Part shown: in pieces, positions 46,739 through 57,675 of the stretch | Position numbering within the stretch: the first letter of the stretch is position 1 | Layout of the letters: every line of letters begins with the position of its first letter | From: Desulfosoma sp. | GTDB taxonomy: Bacteria > Desulfobacterota > Syntrophobacteria > Syntrophobacterales > DSM-9756 | NCBI GenBank assembly: GCA_037481835.1 | Contig: JBBFKW010000002.1 | Coordinates: forward strand, 128,001 to 192,000 | DNA length: 64,000 bases | Reading direction: 5' to 3' | Notes under the pieces: generated by a model | Databases searched by the model: none | What the model saw: the letters and a program-made list of their open reading frames with translations, nothing else | Told to the model about the DNA's origin: nothing | Position numbers and translations under genes: made by a program

Positions 46739-49700
46739 GTGAAGAACAAGGATTCCGGAAATACCCGGTCGGACTCATCGTTGCCTGTGTGGCGGCCGTT
46801 GCGGCCGTCGCCCTCGGCGGCTTAAAGTTTTTGCAAACCCATCAAAAATCCCAGGAGCGGGAGGCGGAACACTACCTGCTCACCATCGCTCAGCAGAAGG
46901 AAGCCCAGCTCGCCGCCTGGATTCGCGACCAGAAGGAAGACGCCCTGGCGCTCCAGGAGTCGCTGATCTTCGCGGCTCACGCCTATTCGGTCCTGGAAAG
47001 CCCCGAAAGCCCCGTCTCCAAGACCTTGGAAAATTTCGTGCACTACGTCGCCGTAAGTCACGAGGTCGATGATGTGCTGCTGGTGGACCTGGCGGGCCGC
47101 GTGCGGTTTTCGCTACGGGGCACTCAAGAGATCCATGCAGAAGGTCAGGCTGCCCTTGCCGAAGCCATGCGAAACGTTCGGCCCGTCATGACCGATATCC
47201 ACGCGGATCCGAGGACCGGGGACGGCTGCGTGGGCGTCGCCATCCCCGTGAAGGTCCCCTTAAGCGACCCGCCCAGGGCCGCCGGGGGAGCCCTCCTCGT
47301 CACCAAGGCGTCCCGGTTCATGGATCCTCTGATGGAGTCATGGCCCGTGCCGAGCCGAACGGGGGAAGCCCTGCTGGTGCGCCGGGAAGGCGAGAATGTC
47401 CTTTACCTCAACGCCCTGCGCAGCCGCCCCGACAGCGCCCTGAAACTGCGGGTTCCCCTGAGCCGGGCCGATCTTCCCGAGGTCATGGCCGCGCGAGGAC
47501 AAACGGGGGTGGTTCGAGGCACGGATGAGCGTGGCGTCCCGGTGACGGCGGCCATCGTTCCCGTGGAAGGGACGTCGTGGTTCTTGGTGGCCAAGGTGGA
47601 TCGCGCGGAACTGGACGAGGACAATCGGATCCTTTCCGTCTCCATGGGATTGCATTGGATCGGGTTTGCCGCGCTCCTCGTTTTCGTGGTGATCTGGGCA
47701 AGGCAGAGGGCCCGGAAAGAACAGTTCCGCCGCCTCTTTCAGGCGGAATCGGAGCTGCGCAAGACCCTGGTGCGACACGCCGTCGTCCTCGAGGCCATGG
47801 AAGATGCGGTGATCGTCACGGACGCCCGTGGCTTTGTGGAACTGTGCAACCCGGCGGCCGAAAGGCTCACCTGCTGGACGGCCGGCGAAGCCAAAGGAAA
47901 GCCCCTGAAAGACGTTTTTCCCATAGAAGGGGAACCGGGGAAGGAAATCGTCCAGGATCCCGTTTCCTTTGTTCGTGCACGGGTTCGTGAAGGAAGTTTC
48001 AGAGACACCGTTGTGCTGCGCACGCGGGACGGGCGCCGAAAGCCCGTTTCGGTTAGCGTCAGCCTGCTGCGGGAGGCTTCGGGCACCGTAACCGGGGCGA
48101 TCCTGTGCTGTCGGGACCAGAGCGAAGAATTCGTGCGGCGGCGCATCTTGGAAATTCGCCTGGGCTTCATGGAGCGATCCCACGCGGTTCCCCTGGAGGA
48201 GGCCCTTTCCGAAACCCTGGATGCCGTGGGCGATCTCCTGGAAAGTCCCGTGGGATTTTACGCTTCCATAGCGCCGAACGGAGAGGGCATAGAAGCCCGT
48301 TTTGGGTCCTCCGGCGCAGCCCGGGGCTTTTGCCCAGGCGGGGCCCAGAAAGGTCATGAAAGCCTTGAGAAAGACGGCCTGTGGGCCCAAGCCGCCCAAG
48401 AGAAAAGACCGATCATCCTCAACGACGATGCCGAGGGGGCTTTGCGGGGCAGACTGCCTCAAGGACATGGGCCGGTGCAAAGAATCATCGTGGTTCCCGT
48501 GGTACGAGACGGAACCGCCCGAGCGCTCCTTGCTCTGGCGAACAAAGAGACCGCCTATACCGATGAAGACGCCGCCACCCTGGGCCTCGTGGCCGACATG
48601 ATCCAGCAGGTGGTGGAGCACCGCCAGGCCGAAGAGAGGCTGAGGCAGAGTGAAGCGCGCTATAAGAGCCTGTTTCGGGACCACAAGGCCGTAAAGCTTC
48701 TCATCGATCCGGAAGACGGGAGCATCGTGGACGCCAATCAGGCTGCCGTGGAATTCTACGGCTGGTCCCACGAAGAACTCACCCGAATGAAGATCCAGCA
48801 GATCAACACCCTGCCCCCCGAGGCCGTCAAGGAGCGAATCGCCGAGGTGAAGGGGCGGCGTCGCGTGCCTTTTGAATTTCAACATCGGCGGGCCGACGGT
48901 TCCGTAAGAGATGTGGAGGTTTACAGCAGCCGCATCGATGTGAATGGAAAACCCTTCCTGCATTCCATCGTTCACGACGTCACCGCGAGGAAGCGGATGG
49001 AAGCCGAGCGTGAGCGGTGGCTTACGGCCATCGAACAGGCCGGCGAAGTGGTCCTCATCACGGATGCGGAGGGCATCATCCAATATGTGAACCCGGCCTT
49101 CGAGGCTGTGACGGGCTACAAGAGGGAAGAGGCCGTCGGGCGAAAACCGGCGATCCTGAAAAGCGGCGTCCAGGAAGAGGCGTTTTATAGAGAGTTGTGG
49201 GATAGGCTGCGATCCGGCAAGAAATGGACGGGCCGCATGGTCAACAGGAAGAAAGACGGCACCCTGTACACGGAGGAAGCCACCATCTCGCCCGTCAAGG
49301 ACGCCCAGGGAAACATCGTGAACTATGTGGCCGTCATGCGCGACATTACGGAAAAACTGCAGCTGGAGCAGCAGTTCCATCAAGCCCAGAAGATGGAGTC
49401 GGTCGGCCGATTGGCAGGCGGGGTCGCCCACGATTACAATAACAGCCTGACCATTATCCTGGGCTTTGCGGATCTGGCGCTTAAAGAGATCCCTCCGGAC
49501 AGCCCGGCCGCCCGTCATATCCACGAGATCATCCAGGCTGCAAACCGTTCTGTGGCCATTACGCGGCAGTTGCTCGCCTTCGCCCGCAAACAGATCATCG
49601 AACCCGTGATCATGGACCTTAACGTGTCCGTGGAATCGACCCTGAAGATGCTCCGGCGCCTCATCGGCGAAGACATCGAGCTCGTGTGGAAGCCGGGACC

Positions 49701-50526
49701 CAACCTGTGGAAGGTCAAGATGGATCCGGCCCAGCTGGATCAAATTTTGGCGAACCTCTGCGTCAACGCCCGAGATGCCATCGGCGGGGTGGGGACCATC
49801 ACGCTGGAGACGGAAAACGCGGTATTGAGCGAGGAATACTGCGCGGGGCGTGCCGAGTTCGTCCCGGGGGAGTATGTCATGCTGGCGGTGACGGACACCG
49901 GCTGCGGCATGGACAAAGAGACCCTGGGCAAGATTTTCGAACCCTTCTTCACCACGAAAGAAATCGGCAAGGGAACCGGCCTGGGCCTGGCCACGGTGTA
50001 CGGCATCGTGCGTCAAAACCGCGGGTTTATCAACGTCTACAGCGAACCCGGGGTGGGCACCACTTTTAAGATTTACATCCCCCGAGAACCTGAGGCCGAG
50101 ACGGATCACACGGAGAAGCTCCAGGATGCCGGCGAGGTGCCTCGTGGCCGAGGGGAGACGATCCTTTTGGTGGAAGATGACCTCATCTTGCTGGAAATGA
50201 CTCGGATCTTGCTCACCCAACTGGGTTATACCGTGCTCGAGGCCGCAAGCCCCCAGGATGCGGCGGCTTTGGCCCGAAGCCACGAAGGCCCCATCCATGC
50301 GCTCATGACCGATGTGATCATGCCCGGGATGAACGGCAAAGAGTTGGCGGACCTTGTGCGGGAACTGAGGCCCGGCATCCGGGTGCTGTTCATGTCGGGA
50401 TACACGGCGAATGTGATCGCCCATCACGGGGTGCTGGACCCCGGCGTCGCCTTCATTCAGAAACCTTTTGGCCTTTGGGATCTCGCGTCGCGAATCCGCC
50501 AGGTGCTGGACGGCGCGACGGCATGA
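46735..50526 (+). CDS. Membrane hybrid sensor kinase (periplasmic sensor, PAS-GAF-PAS-PAS, HisKA/HATPase, REC)
   Basis: Two TM helices, PAS motifs (NPAA, NQAA, VNPAF), [26 protein letters not shown]-terminal REC; ATGA overlap with rnc. Confidence 0.92.
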   Translation: MSEEQGFRKYPVGLIVACVAAVAAVALGGLKFLQTHQKSQEREAEHYLLTIAQQKEAQLAAWIRDQKEDALALQESLIFAAHAYSVLESPESPVSKTLENFVHYVAVSHEVDDVLLVDLAGRVRFSLRGTQEIHAEGQAALAEAMRNVRPVMTDIHADPRTGDGCVGVAIPVKVPLSDPPRAAGGALLVTKASRFMDPLMESWPVPSRTGEALLVRREGENVLYLNALRSRPDSALKLRVPLSRADLPEVMAARGQTGVVRGTDERGVPVTAAIVPVEGTSWFLVAKVDRAELDEDNRILSVSMGLHWIGFAALLVFVVIWARQRARKEQFRRLFQAESELRKTLVRHAVVLEAMEDAVIVTDARGFVELCNPAAERLTCWTAGEAKGKPLKDVFPIEGEPGKEIVQDPVSFVRARVREGSFRDTVVLRTRDGRRKPVSVSVSLLREASGTVTGAILCCRDQSEEFVRRRILEIRLGFMERSHAVPLEEALSETLDAVGDLLESPVGFYASIAPNGEGIEARFGSSGAARGFCPGGAQKGHESLEKDGLWAQAAQEKRPIILNDDAEGALRGRLPQGHGPVQRIIVVPVVRDGTARALLALANKETAYTDEDAATLGLVADMIQQVVEHRQAEERLRQSEARYKSLFRDHKAVKLLIDPEDGSIVDANQAAVEFYGWSHEELTRMKIQQINTLPPEAVKERIAEVKGRRRVPFEFQHRRADGSVRDVEVYSSRIDVNGKPFLHSIVHDVTARKRMEAERERWLTAIEQAGEVVLITDAEGIIQYVNPAFEAVTGYKREEAVGRKPAILKSGVQEEAFYRELWDRLRSGKKWTGRMVNRKKDGTLYTEEATISPVKDAQGNIVNYVAVMRDITEKLQLEQQFHQAQKMESVGRLAGGVAHDYNNSLTIILGFADLALKEIPPDSPAARHIHEIIQAANRSVAITRQLLAFARKQIIEPVIMDLNVSVESTLKMLRRLIGEDIELVWKPGPNLWKVKMDPAQLDQILANLCVNARDAIGGVGTITLETENAVLSEEYCAGRAEFVPGEYVMLAVTDTGCGMDKETLGKIFEPFFTTKEIGKGTGLGLATVYGIVRQNRGFINVYSEPGVGTTFKIYIPREPEAETDHTEKLQDAGEVPRGRGETILLVEDDLILLEMTRILLTQLGYTVLEAASPQDAAALARSHEGPIHALMTDVIMPGMNGKELADLVRELRPGIRVLFMSGYTANVIAHHGVLDPGVAFIQKPFGLWDLASRIRQVLDGATA

Positions 50527-50679
50527 AGCGCCATGAGGCCCGTTCCGGGCGGCAATGGCGGATGTGGCCAAAGCGTTGGCGAACACGCCCCTTTCCGGCA
50601 AAGGGGCGGGCTTAGGGAGCGCTGTGCAGGGGTGGCAACGAGGCGTTTAGGGCAAACTCATGAAGGGAGAGGTGGCAGC

Positions 50680-51432
50680 ATGAGTCAGGAAGCGAGGGTT
50701 AAGGCGTTCGAAGAGCTCACGGAAGCGGAATTGATCCCCTGGGTGATGGACGGGCTGCGCCGCACGCTGGTGCATTACGGCTGCTGGTTTCGCGAAGTGG
50801 AGTATCAGTTGGGGATGGCCAAGGCCATGGACGTGGAAGCGGAAGCCGGGGACGCCGCGTTTTCCATCATCTTGAAGCGCCTTTCCAAGGTCCTGGGGTT
50901 TGAAATGGACGGGGACGTGCCCAAGGCGCTCAAGCAACTGGACAAGGCAAAGCTTCTGGAACTCATGGATGCCGTGGGGACCAACTGGCTGGCCAACGAC
51001 GGCGTGTGGTTTCAGGCTGTGGAAAAGCGCTTCGGCATGGATGCCGCCAAGCGCTGTAACGACACCTGCTGGACTCGGTTTTCTCCTTACGAAGCCTTGC
51101 GCATCAAGAAACTCCTCGGCCTCGGCCCGCTCCCGGGCCTGGAAGGGCTCAAGGCGGCTCTGGGCTATCGGCTCTACGCGCGGATCAACCGGCAAACCAT
51201 CGAAGACGTGGACGCCCACAGCTTCATCTTCAGGATGGTGGACTGCCGCGTGCAAGGGGCCAGGAAACGCAAAGGCCTTCCCGACTACCCCTGTAAATCC
51301 GCAGGCCTTGTGGAATATCCCTATTTCGCCGAAGCCATCGACCCGAGAATCCGAACCGAATGCGTGGGGTGTCCTCCCGACGCCCACCCCGATTCATGGT
51401 GGTGCGCCTGGAAGTTCACCCTGAAAGAATAA
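50680..51432 (+). CDS. DUF6125-like cytosolic protein with Cys-rich C-terminus
   Basis: Repeated G.WF..VE...GM..A motif; CRVQ.AR, YPCK, CVGCPPD, WCAW. Confidence 0.7.
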   Translation: MSQEARVKAFEELTEAELIPWVMDGLRRTLVHYGCWFREVEYQLGMAKAMDVEAEAGDAAFSIILKRLSKVLGFEMDGDVPKALKQLDKAKLLELMDAVGTNWLANDGVWFQAVEKRFGMDAAKRCNDTCWTRFSPYEALRIKKLLGLGPLPGLEGLKAALGYRLYARINRQTIEDVDAHSFIFRMVDCRVQGARKRKGLPDYPCKSAGLVEYPYFAEAIDPRIRTECVGCPPDAHPDSWWCAWKFTLKE

Positions 51433-51619
51433 GCTGAGAAGACCACCGGGTTCGCATGGTCCTGAAGCCTTGAGGATGACGCGGGCTTTAGCCCTGCATG
51501 CGGATATTGTGGCCAAGCCTGTTCCCCCAGAAGGGCGGGAGAAAAGCTTGGCCCTTCAGCGGGGTTCAACGTGACCTGGGGCCCCCTGTGAGCCTAAAAG
51601 ACCCTGGAAGAACGGCCGA

Positions 51620-51791
51620 TGTTGCGCGAAAGCCACATCCGGAAGCGGAGTGTGGCTTTTGTGCGACAAGAGAGGGGATGGGGCAAGAGGGGGCTCGAAA
51701 GGGGCTTTTTCCAAGAAACGGGGAAAAACCTAGCGTGGCAAAAGACTTCCACAGCGCACGGGTCTGAAAGGGCCGCTGGTATGCTCTTTGC
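51620..51791 (+). promoter_or_regulatory. Sigma54 promoter of lpxC with candidate upstream activator sites
   Basis: TGGTATGCTCTTTGC (GG-N10-GC, 51777-51791); inverted TGT-N12-ACA boxes at 51620-51637 and 51651-51668. Confidence 0.65.
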
Positions 51792-51823
51792 TCCACCTGA
51801 AAAACTCGAGGAGGAAGAGACCA

Positions 51824-52765
51824 GTGCGCTATGACCTTTTCACGCAGCATACGATTCGAGCGGATGTTCATTTTGGCGGGACGGGCCTACATACGGGGGC
51901 TCGCGTGCATGTAGTGATCCGTCCCGCGCCTCCCAACCACGGCGTGGTGTTCTACCGTGTGGACCAGCCGGGGGCTCCGGCCGTACCCGCCCGTTACGAC
52001 CATGTGGTGGACACGGCTTTGGCCACCGTGATCGGCAAAAACGGTGTGTCCGTCGCCACGGTGGAACATTTTATGGCGGCCGTGAGGGTGGCCGGCCTGG
52101 ACAACCTGCGGGTGGAAATCGACGGGGCGGAAATGCCCGTTCTGGACGGGAGCGCCAGGCCTTTTCTGGAGATTCTTCAGGAAGCGGGAATTCAAGCCCA
52201 GGAAACCCCGAAGAAATGCCTCCGAGTGAACCACCCCTTCACGGTGAGCCAGGGAGACGCCTACATTAAGGTGGCGCCTTCCGATGAGTTGCGCATTTGC
52301 TACACCATCGATTTTCCTCATCCCCTGGTGGGCCGGCAGGCCTTCACGTGGAGATTCGATCCGGGTTCTTTCGCCCGCGATCTGGCTTCGGCACGGACCT
52401 TCGGGTTCCTTCGCGATGTGCAGAGCCTCCAGAGCCGGGGTTTGGCCTTGGGGGGATCTTTGGAAAACGCGGTGGTTTTCGACGATCACAAGGTGCTGAA
52501 CCCGGACGGGCTCCGGTATCGGGACGAGTGCGTGCGCCACAAGGTGCTGGATTTTTTGGGGGACCTGGGGCTGTGTCCTTTCCCGGTCTTTGGCGCCTTT
52601 GAAGCCCACAAGGCAGGGCATGCTTTGCATAACCGGCTGCTGCGTCACCTGTGTGAACGGCCGGGCTACGTGCGCTTCGTCCCGGCGACGGTTATGCCGC
52701 CCAGGAGCGTGACGCCGACGCGTCCGTCGGTATACTGGAAACCGCCGGTGCTGCCCGTGGGCTGA
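51824..52765 (+). CDS. lpxC: UDP-3-O-acyl-N-acetylglucosamine deacetylase
   Basis: GTGLHTG, TVEHF, LDGSA, ARTFGF, GGSLEN, HKVLD..GD, GHALH. Confidence 0.96.
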   Translation: MRYDLFTQHTIRADVHFGGTGLHTGARVHVVIRPAPPNHGVVFYRVDQPGAPAVPARYDHVVDTALATVIGKNGVSVATVEHFMAAVRVAGLDNLRVEIDGAEMPVLDGSARPFLEILQEAGIQAQETPKKCLRVNHPFTVSQGDAYIKVAPSDELRICYTIDFPHPLVGRQAFTWRFDPGSFARDLASARTFGFLRDVQSLQSRGLALGGSLENAVVFDDHKVLNPDGLRYRDECVRHKVLDFLGDLGLCPFPVFGAFEAHKAGHALHNRLLRHLCERPGYVRFVPATVMPPRSVTPTRPSVYWKPPVLPVG

Positions 52766-52869
52766 AGGAAAGCCGCCGGGGCCTTCGGCCTATTTTCTTG
52801 TCAACGCCAAGCGCCTTCGCTACAATCCAATCCTTCCGGGACATCCACAGAGGGGAAGGGTCGGACGCG

Positions 52870-53436
52870 ATGCGTAAGGCGTTTTTTTTTGCAGGGTGTC
52901 TTTTGCTCGTGCTCATGACGGTGTCCGAACCCGCGCCGGCCAGAAATAAGGCGGATATCGCCGACCTTAAGGTATTTGCCGATCCCCCGAGCCTCAAGAT
53001 CAGCTTCCGCATTGACAACTGTTTCAACGAAGAAATGGAGCAGGCCATCCAAAGCGGCGTGACGACCACGTTCCGCATCCGGATCGTTGTGGAAAAGGAT
53101 GGTTTGCCCTATGTGCGCGAGCGCTTGGTGGATACGTCCGTGGAACGCACCATCCGCTACGACACTTTGCACGAACAGTATTTGGTGTCCCGCGTGGACC
53201 AGCCCGCGTCGTTTCTCACGACCAAGCGCTTTGACGAGGCCAAAGCCTGGATGAGCGAGGTCAGGGATCTGCCCGTCATCGCGCTGTGGCGGCTTGCCCC
53301 GGAACAAACCTACCTTGTTCAGGTCAAGGCCGAACTGTCCAAAGCTCAAGTGCCGTCCTTCCTACGCTACGTCTTCTTCTTTGTGAGCCTTTGGGACTTC
53401 GAAACGCCCTGGGTCACCGCCACCTACACGCCCTGA
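52870..53436 (+). CDS. DUF4390-family exported protein
   Basis: Signal peptide, AIQSG, C-terminal WDFETPW; directly upstream of ntrY. Confidence 0.75.
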   Translation: MRKAFFFAGCLLLVLMTVSEPAPARNKADIADLKVFADPPSLKISFRIDNCFNEEMEQAIQSGVTTTFRIRIVVEKDGLPYVRERLVDTSVERTIRYDTLHEQYLVSRVDQPASFLTTKRFDEAKAWMSEVRDLPVIALWRLAPEQTYLVQVKAELSKAQVPSFLRYVFFFVSLWDFETPWVTATYTP

Positions 53437-53453
53437 GCCGCAGAGATGCCGTC

Positions 53454-55712
53454 ATGACGTTCCCAGATGCCGCCATGATCCGTCGGCGCCGCCGGCGTGA
53501 AAGGGCCGTGCTCATTACGGTTCTCGCTCTGGTGCTGGTCTTCGGCTTCCTTCAGGGCTGGTTTTTCCATTACGAATCGGAACTGCCCCTTCTCGGCAAC
53601 CTCCTGCTCATCGCCCTCGTCAACGTTAACTTGATCCTGCTCTTGCTTTTGCTCTATCTGGTGCTCCGCCAGTTGGTGAAGCTCGTTTTCGAGCGGAAAC
53701 GAGGCGTGCTGGGCCACAAGCTGCGCACGCGTCTCACCCTGGCCTTTGTGGCCCTGACCCTCATCCCCACCATTCCCCTTTTCGGGGTCGCCGTGCAGTT
53801 CATGTCCTTCAGTTTGGATTACTGGTTCAGCGCCCAGGTTGAGCAGTCCTTGGCTCAGAGCGTGGAACTGGGCCGAGGATACCTGAGGCAGGTTCAGGAG
53901 GATTTGCGGGCGGAAGCCGCCGCGGCGGCGGCTGAAATCTTTCCAGACGGAGCCGGTGCCGATCTGCGGATTCCAGAGGTGTCCCTTGCGCCCGCCTTTT
54001 GGAGCCGCCATCATGTGTGCGGGGTGTTTGCGGCCGATGCCGACGGAACGGTGCTGTGGTCCGCGTGGAAGGACCCGGAGTGGGCTCGGTTTGCCGTCAA
54101 CGTGGCCCGGGCGATTCACGAACGGGTGACGCATCGGGAGGACCTCTCAGAAGCGTTTCCCGTTGCCCTGGGGGACTACGGGGAGGCGCTTCTGTTGCTG
54201 CGGTCTTTGGGCGGGGAAAACCATGGCCGGGATGCCGTTTTCTACCTGGGGGTCCTTCGGCCTTTGCCGTCGGATCTCTCCTCCAAGCTGAGCACCGTGG
54301 TGCAGGGCTACCAGAACTACCGCCAGTTGAAACTCTTCAAGGCTCCCTTGAAGACCACGTACTTTATCGCCTTTTCCATCGTCACCCTCTTGGTGGCCTT
54401 TGCCGCCATTTGGTTTGGATTTTATCTCGCTCGCCATATCACGGGCCCGGTCCAGAGCCTGCTCACGGCCACCGACCGGGTGGCCCACGGAGATCTGGAC
54501 GTGAGCCTCCACTTGGACCGGGAGGACGAGCTGGGTCTTCTCATGGCTTCTTTCAACCACATGGTGCGCGACTTGCGTTCGGGCCGGGAAAAGCTCACCG
54601 AAGCCTACCGCGCCTTGCAGGAAAGCCATGAAGAATTGGAAGCGCGCCGGCGGTACATGGAGATTGTTCTGGCCAACATCGGAGCGGGTGTGGTGGGGGT
54701 GGACGCCGATGGGATCGTCCGGGCGATGAACAAGGCTGCCGAAAAGATGTCCGGCGTGCGGGCCGATGAGATCACGGGGCGGCATTACCGGGATTTTCTC
54801 CAGCCGGAACATCTGGACGTGGTGAAATCCTTCCTCAGGCTTTATCAGATCAGCCGCCAGACCTATTTGGAAAAGCATGTGCAGGTCATGGTGGGCAACC
54901 GCCCCTTGGCCCTCCTTGTCAAGGTGAGTGTGCTTACGGACGAAAACGGGCGGCATGCGGGAGCCGTGGTGGTTTTGGACGATTTGAGCGAGCTTCAGAG
55001 GGCACAGCGCATGGCCGCGTGGCGCGAAGTGGCGCGCCGCATCGCCCATGAGATCAAGAACCCCCTCACGCCCATCAAGCTGTGCGCGCAGCGGCTTCGC
55101 CGCCGGTACACCGCCGGGTCGGGGACCGAGGGAACGGATCCGGTGTTGGACGAATGCACCGAAACCATCATCCAGCAAGTGGATCACATGAAGCGGCTGG
55201 TCAACGAGTTTTCCCTGTTTGCCCGCATGCCGGAAGCCCATCCGCAGCCGTGCGATTTGGGTGCCCTGGCGCAGGAGGCCGTGTCCCTGTACCGGCACAC
55301 GTATGGGAACATCCGGTTCCATCTGAAAAAAAGCGGCGTTTTTCCCGTGCTGCACCTGGACCCCGACCAGTTCCGCCAGGTCTTGAACAACCTCTTGGAA
55401 AACGCCGTTCAGGCCTTGGACGGCGGGGACGGCGATGTGGAGATCCGGCTGGACTACGATCCCATCTTGCGAATCGCCCGGCTGGAATGCGCGGACACGG
55501 GGCCGGGGTTGGATCTGGAAGCCAAGGTGCGGGTTTTTGAGCCGTATTTTTCCACGAAGGAGAAAGGAACAGGCCTGGGACTGCCCATTGTGGCCAAGAT
55601 CGTCGCCGACCACAACGGATTCGTGCGGGTGCGTGACAACGAACCCCGAGGGACGGTGTTCGTCATTGAGTTGCCGGTGGTCCAGATGGAGGGTGCCGAG
55701 CCGACCGCGTGA
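53454..55712 (+). CDS. ntrY: NtrY-like sensor histidine kinase (HAMP, PAS)
   Basis: N-terminal TM helices, HAMP, WREVARRIAHEIKNPLTP, GTGLGL. Confidence 0.88.
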   Translation: MTFPDAAMIRRRRRRERAVLITVLALVLVFGFLQGWFFHYESELPLLGNLLLIALVNVNLILLLLLLYLVLRQLVKLVFERKRGVLGHKLRTRLTLAFVALTLIPTIPLFGVAVQFMSFSLDYWFSAQVEQSLAQSVELGRGYLRQVQEDLRAEAAAAAAEIFPDGAGADLRIPEVSLAPAFWSRHHVCGVFAADADGTVLWSAWKDPEWARFAVNVARAIHERVTHREDLSEAFPVALGDYGEALLLLRSLGGENHGRDAVFYLGVLRPLPSDLSSKLSTVVQGYQNYRQLKLFKAPLKTTYFIAFSIVTLLVAFAAIWFGFYLARHITGPVQSLLTATDRVAHGDLDVSLHLDREDELGLLMASFNHMVRDLRSGREKLTEAYRALQESHEELEARRRYMEIVLANIGAGVVGVDADGIVRAMNKAAEKMSGVRADEITGRHYRDFLQPEHLDVVKSFLRLYQISRQTYLEKHVQVMVGNRPLALLVKVSVLTDENGRHAGAVVVLDDLSELQRAQRMAAWREVARRIAHEIKNPLTPIKLCAQRLRRRYTAGSGTEGTDPVLDECTETIIQQVDHMKRLVNEFSLFARMPEAHPQPCDLGALAQEAVSLYRHTYGNIRFHLKKSGVFPVLHLDPDQFRQVLNNLLENAVQALDGGDGDVEIRLDYDPILRIARLECADTGPGLDLEAKVRVFEPYFSTKEKGTGLGLPIVAKIVADHNGFVRVRDNEPRGTVFVIELPVVQMEGAEPTA

Positions 55713-55752
55713 GCGGTGGGGGCACGGTCCTGCCCGATGGAAAGTTCTGTAA

Positions 55753-55782
55753 GTGTTGGGTTTCACTGAGCTCACCCCCCAA
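55753..55782 (-). repeat. Degenerate REP-like palindrome (family A)
   Basis: GTGTTGGGTTTCACTGAGCTCACCCCCC resembles the copy at 41463. Confidence 0.5.
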
Positions 55783-55848
55783 ATCTGCGTTCACGGAGAC
55801 ATGCGGTGCGAGGGCGCTTCAGGGGGGAATCCTGCAGGAGAGGGCGTC

Positions 55849-57240
55849 ATGGCCATCAAGATCCTCGTGGTGGACGATGAACCGAACATCCTTCGGTCAC
55901 TTAAAGGCGTCTTGGAGGATGAAGGCTATGAGACGGTGCTGGCTTCGTCCGGGGAAGCGGCCCTGGAGGAGCTGAAAAAAGAGCCGCCCGATGCAGTGCT
56001 CCTGGATATTTGGCTCCCTGGATTGGACGGCCTGGAAGTGCTTCGGCGCATCAAGACGTCCCATCCCACGCTCCCGGTCATTATCATTTCCGGGCACGGC
56101 ACCATCGAAACGGCCGTTCGCGCCACCCGCATGGGCGCCTTCGACTTTGTGGAAAAGCCGCTGTCCCTGGAAAGGGTGTTGGTGAGCATACAAAACGCCT
56201 TGCAGGTGTCCCGCTTGGAGGCGGACAACCTGCTCTGGCGCCAGAAGGCGGAGAAACGCTATCGAATCACGGGCCAGGGTCCCGCGGTCGTCCGATTGCG
56301 GGAATTCATCGAACGGGCCGCCCCCAGCAACGCCACGGTGCTCATTACCGGAGAAAACGGCACGGGAAAGGAGCTGGCGGCCCGGTCCATCCATTTCTTG
56401 AGCCCCCGCAGGCACAGGCCGCTTATTGAAGTCAACTGCGCCGCCATTCCGGAAGATCTCATTGAAAGCGAACTGTTCGGCCACGAAAAGGGCGCTTTCA
56501 CGGGAGCCCAGGAAAGACGGCGCGGCAAATTCGACTTGGCGGACGGCGGCACGCTCTTCCTGGACGAAATCGGGGACATGAGCTTGAAGACCCAGGCGAA
56601 GATCTTGCGGATCCTCCAGGAACAGACCTTCGAAAGGGTGGGCGGGTCGCGCACCATTCGGGTTGACGTGCGCATCGTGGCGGCCACGAACAAAGATCTT
56701 CCCAAGGAAATCGAGGCGGGCCGGTTTCGACAGGACCTCTATTTCCGTTTAAACGTCATTCCCATCCACGTGCCGCCTCTGCGGGAGCGTCTGGAAGACA
56801 TCCCTTTGCTCGTGGAAGACTTCTTGGACGAACTGTCCCGGGAAAGTTCCATGGGCCGAAAGGAGATCGCCCCGGAAGTCTATCCTCTGCTCAGCCGCTA
56901 TACCTGGCCGGGGAACGTGCGCGAGCTCAAGAATTTCGTGGAACGGCTGGTCATCATGACCCCGTCGCGCATCATCGGGGTGAAAGATCTGCCGGACGAT
57001 TTTCTGCGGCACTTGGGCCAGGACCTGCCTCGGACCGATCCCTTCCAATACGGGACGCTCAAGGAAGCCCGGCACCACTTCGAAAGGGAATATCTCCTGC
57101 GCAAGCTTCGAGAAAACGACTGGAACGTCTCCCTGACCGCTCAAAATATCGGGGTGGAAAGAACCCATCTCCATCGCAAGATGAAAACCTTGGGGTTGCG
57201 TCCCGTCAGCGAGACGGAAGGGGAGGGTCGGTTGGGGTGA
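55849..57240 (+). CDS. ntrX: NtrX-like sigma54-dependent response regulator
   Basis: REC (VDDE, LLDIW), GENGTGKE, intact GAFTGA, FLDEIGD, WPGNVREL, Fis-type HTH. Confidence 0.9.
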   Translation: MAIKILVVDDEPNILRSLKGVLEDEGYETVLASSGEAALEELKKEPPDAVLLDIWLPGLDGLEVLRRIKTSHPTLPVIIISGHGTIETAVRATRMGAFDFVEKPLSLERVLVSIQNALQVSRLEADNLLWRQKAEKRYRITGQGPAVVRLREFIERAAPSNATVLITGENGTGKELAARSIHFLSPRRHRPLIEVNCAAIPEDLIESELFGHEKGAFTGAQERRRGKFDLADGGTLFLDEIGDMSLKTQAKILRILQEQTFERVGGSRTIRVDVRIVAATNKDLPKEIEAGRFRQDLYFRLNVIPIHVPPLRERLEDIPLLVEDFLDELSRESSMGRKEIAPEVYPLLSRYTWPGNVRELKNFVERLVIMTPSRIIGVKDLPDDFLRHLGQDLPRTDPFQYGTLKEARHHFEREYLLRKLRENDWNVSLTAQNIGVERTHLHRKMKTLGLRPVSETEGEGRLG

Positions 57241-57260
57241 GCGAAGCGAACCCCAACACC
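57227..57260 (+). repeat. REP-like palindrome (family A) containing the ntrX stop codon
   Basis: GTCG-GTTGGGGTGAGCGAAGCGAACCCCAAC. Confidence 0.8.
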
Positions 57261-57368
57261 CTTCCGGGATTACGACCCGTCAACGGAACGGAAGGGCAGA
57301 GCGACGAGCGGTCCGTGCGGTTCCCTTGACACGGCACGGGTTTTGGTGCTAAGAGAGCCCGACGCTGT

Positions 57369-57446
57369 CGGGGCGTAGCGCAGTCTGGTAAGCGCACTAG
57401 CATGGGGAGCTAGGGGTCGGCGGTTCAAATCCGCCCGTCCCGACCA
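57369..57446 (+). tRNA. tRNA-Pro(GGG)
   Basis: CGGGGCG acceptor, CTAGC-AT-GGG-GA-GCTAG anticodon arm, GTTCAAATC, CCA; TTGACA upstream at 57326. Confidence 0.96.
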
Positions 57447-57460
57447 GGTTTCCGCCTTCG

Positions 57461-57488
57461 AGGGGCCGCATGGGCCCCTTTATTTTTT
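57461..57488 (+). terminator. Intrinsic terminator after tRNA-Pro
   Basis: AGGGGCC-GCATG-GGCCCCT followed by TTATTTTTT. Confidence 0.8.
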
Positions 57489-57675
57489 CCCGTGACGTCC
57501 GGGCTATGCCGCCCGGCGATTTTGTCCGTCCTCCCAAGGCTTCCGCAACCCTTTCCTTCTGACCGCGGTTCCTGTGCCCCTTTCGGCGCGTGTTTTTTTT
57601 TCGCCCGAGGCTAATCGAATGATGCCATCTTTCCGAATAGAGAAATAGCGCAAAGGTGCAAGGAGAAGAAGGGAT

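Noticed and set aside
47338..50601. Long antisense ORFs (also 41592-43712, 34198-36411, 32428-34140, 1261-2991)
   Set aside because: Shadow ORFs of GC-rich genes on the opposite strand; no recognisable motifs
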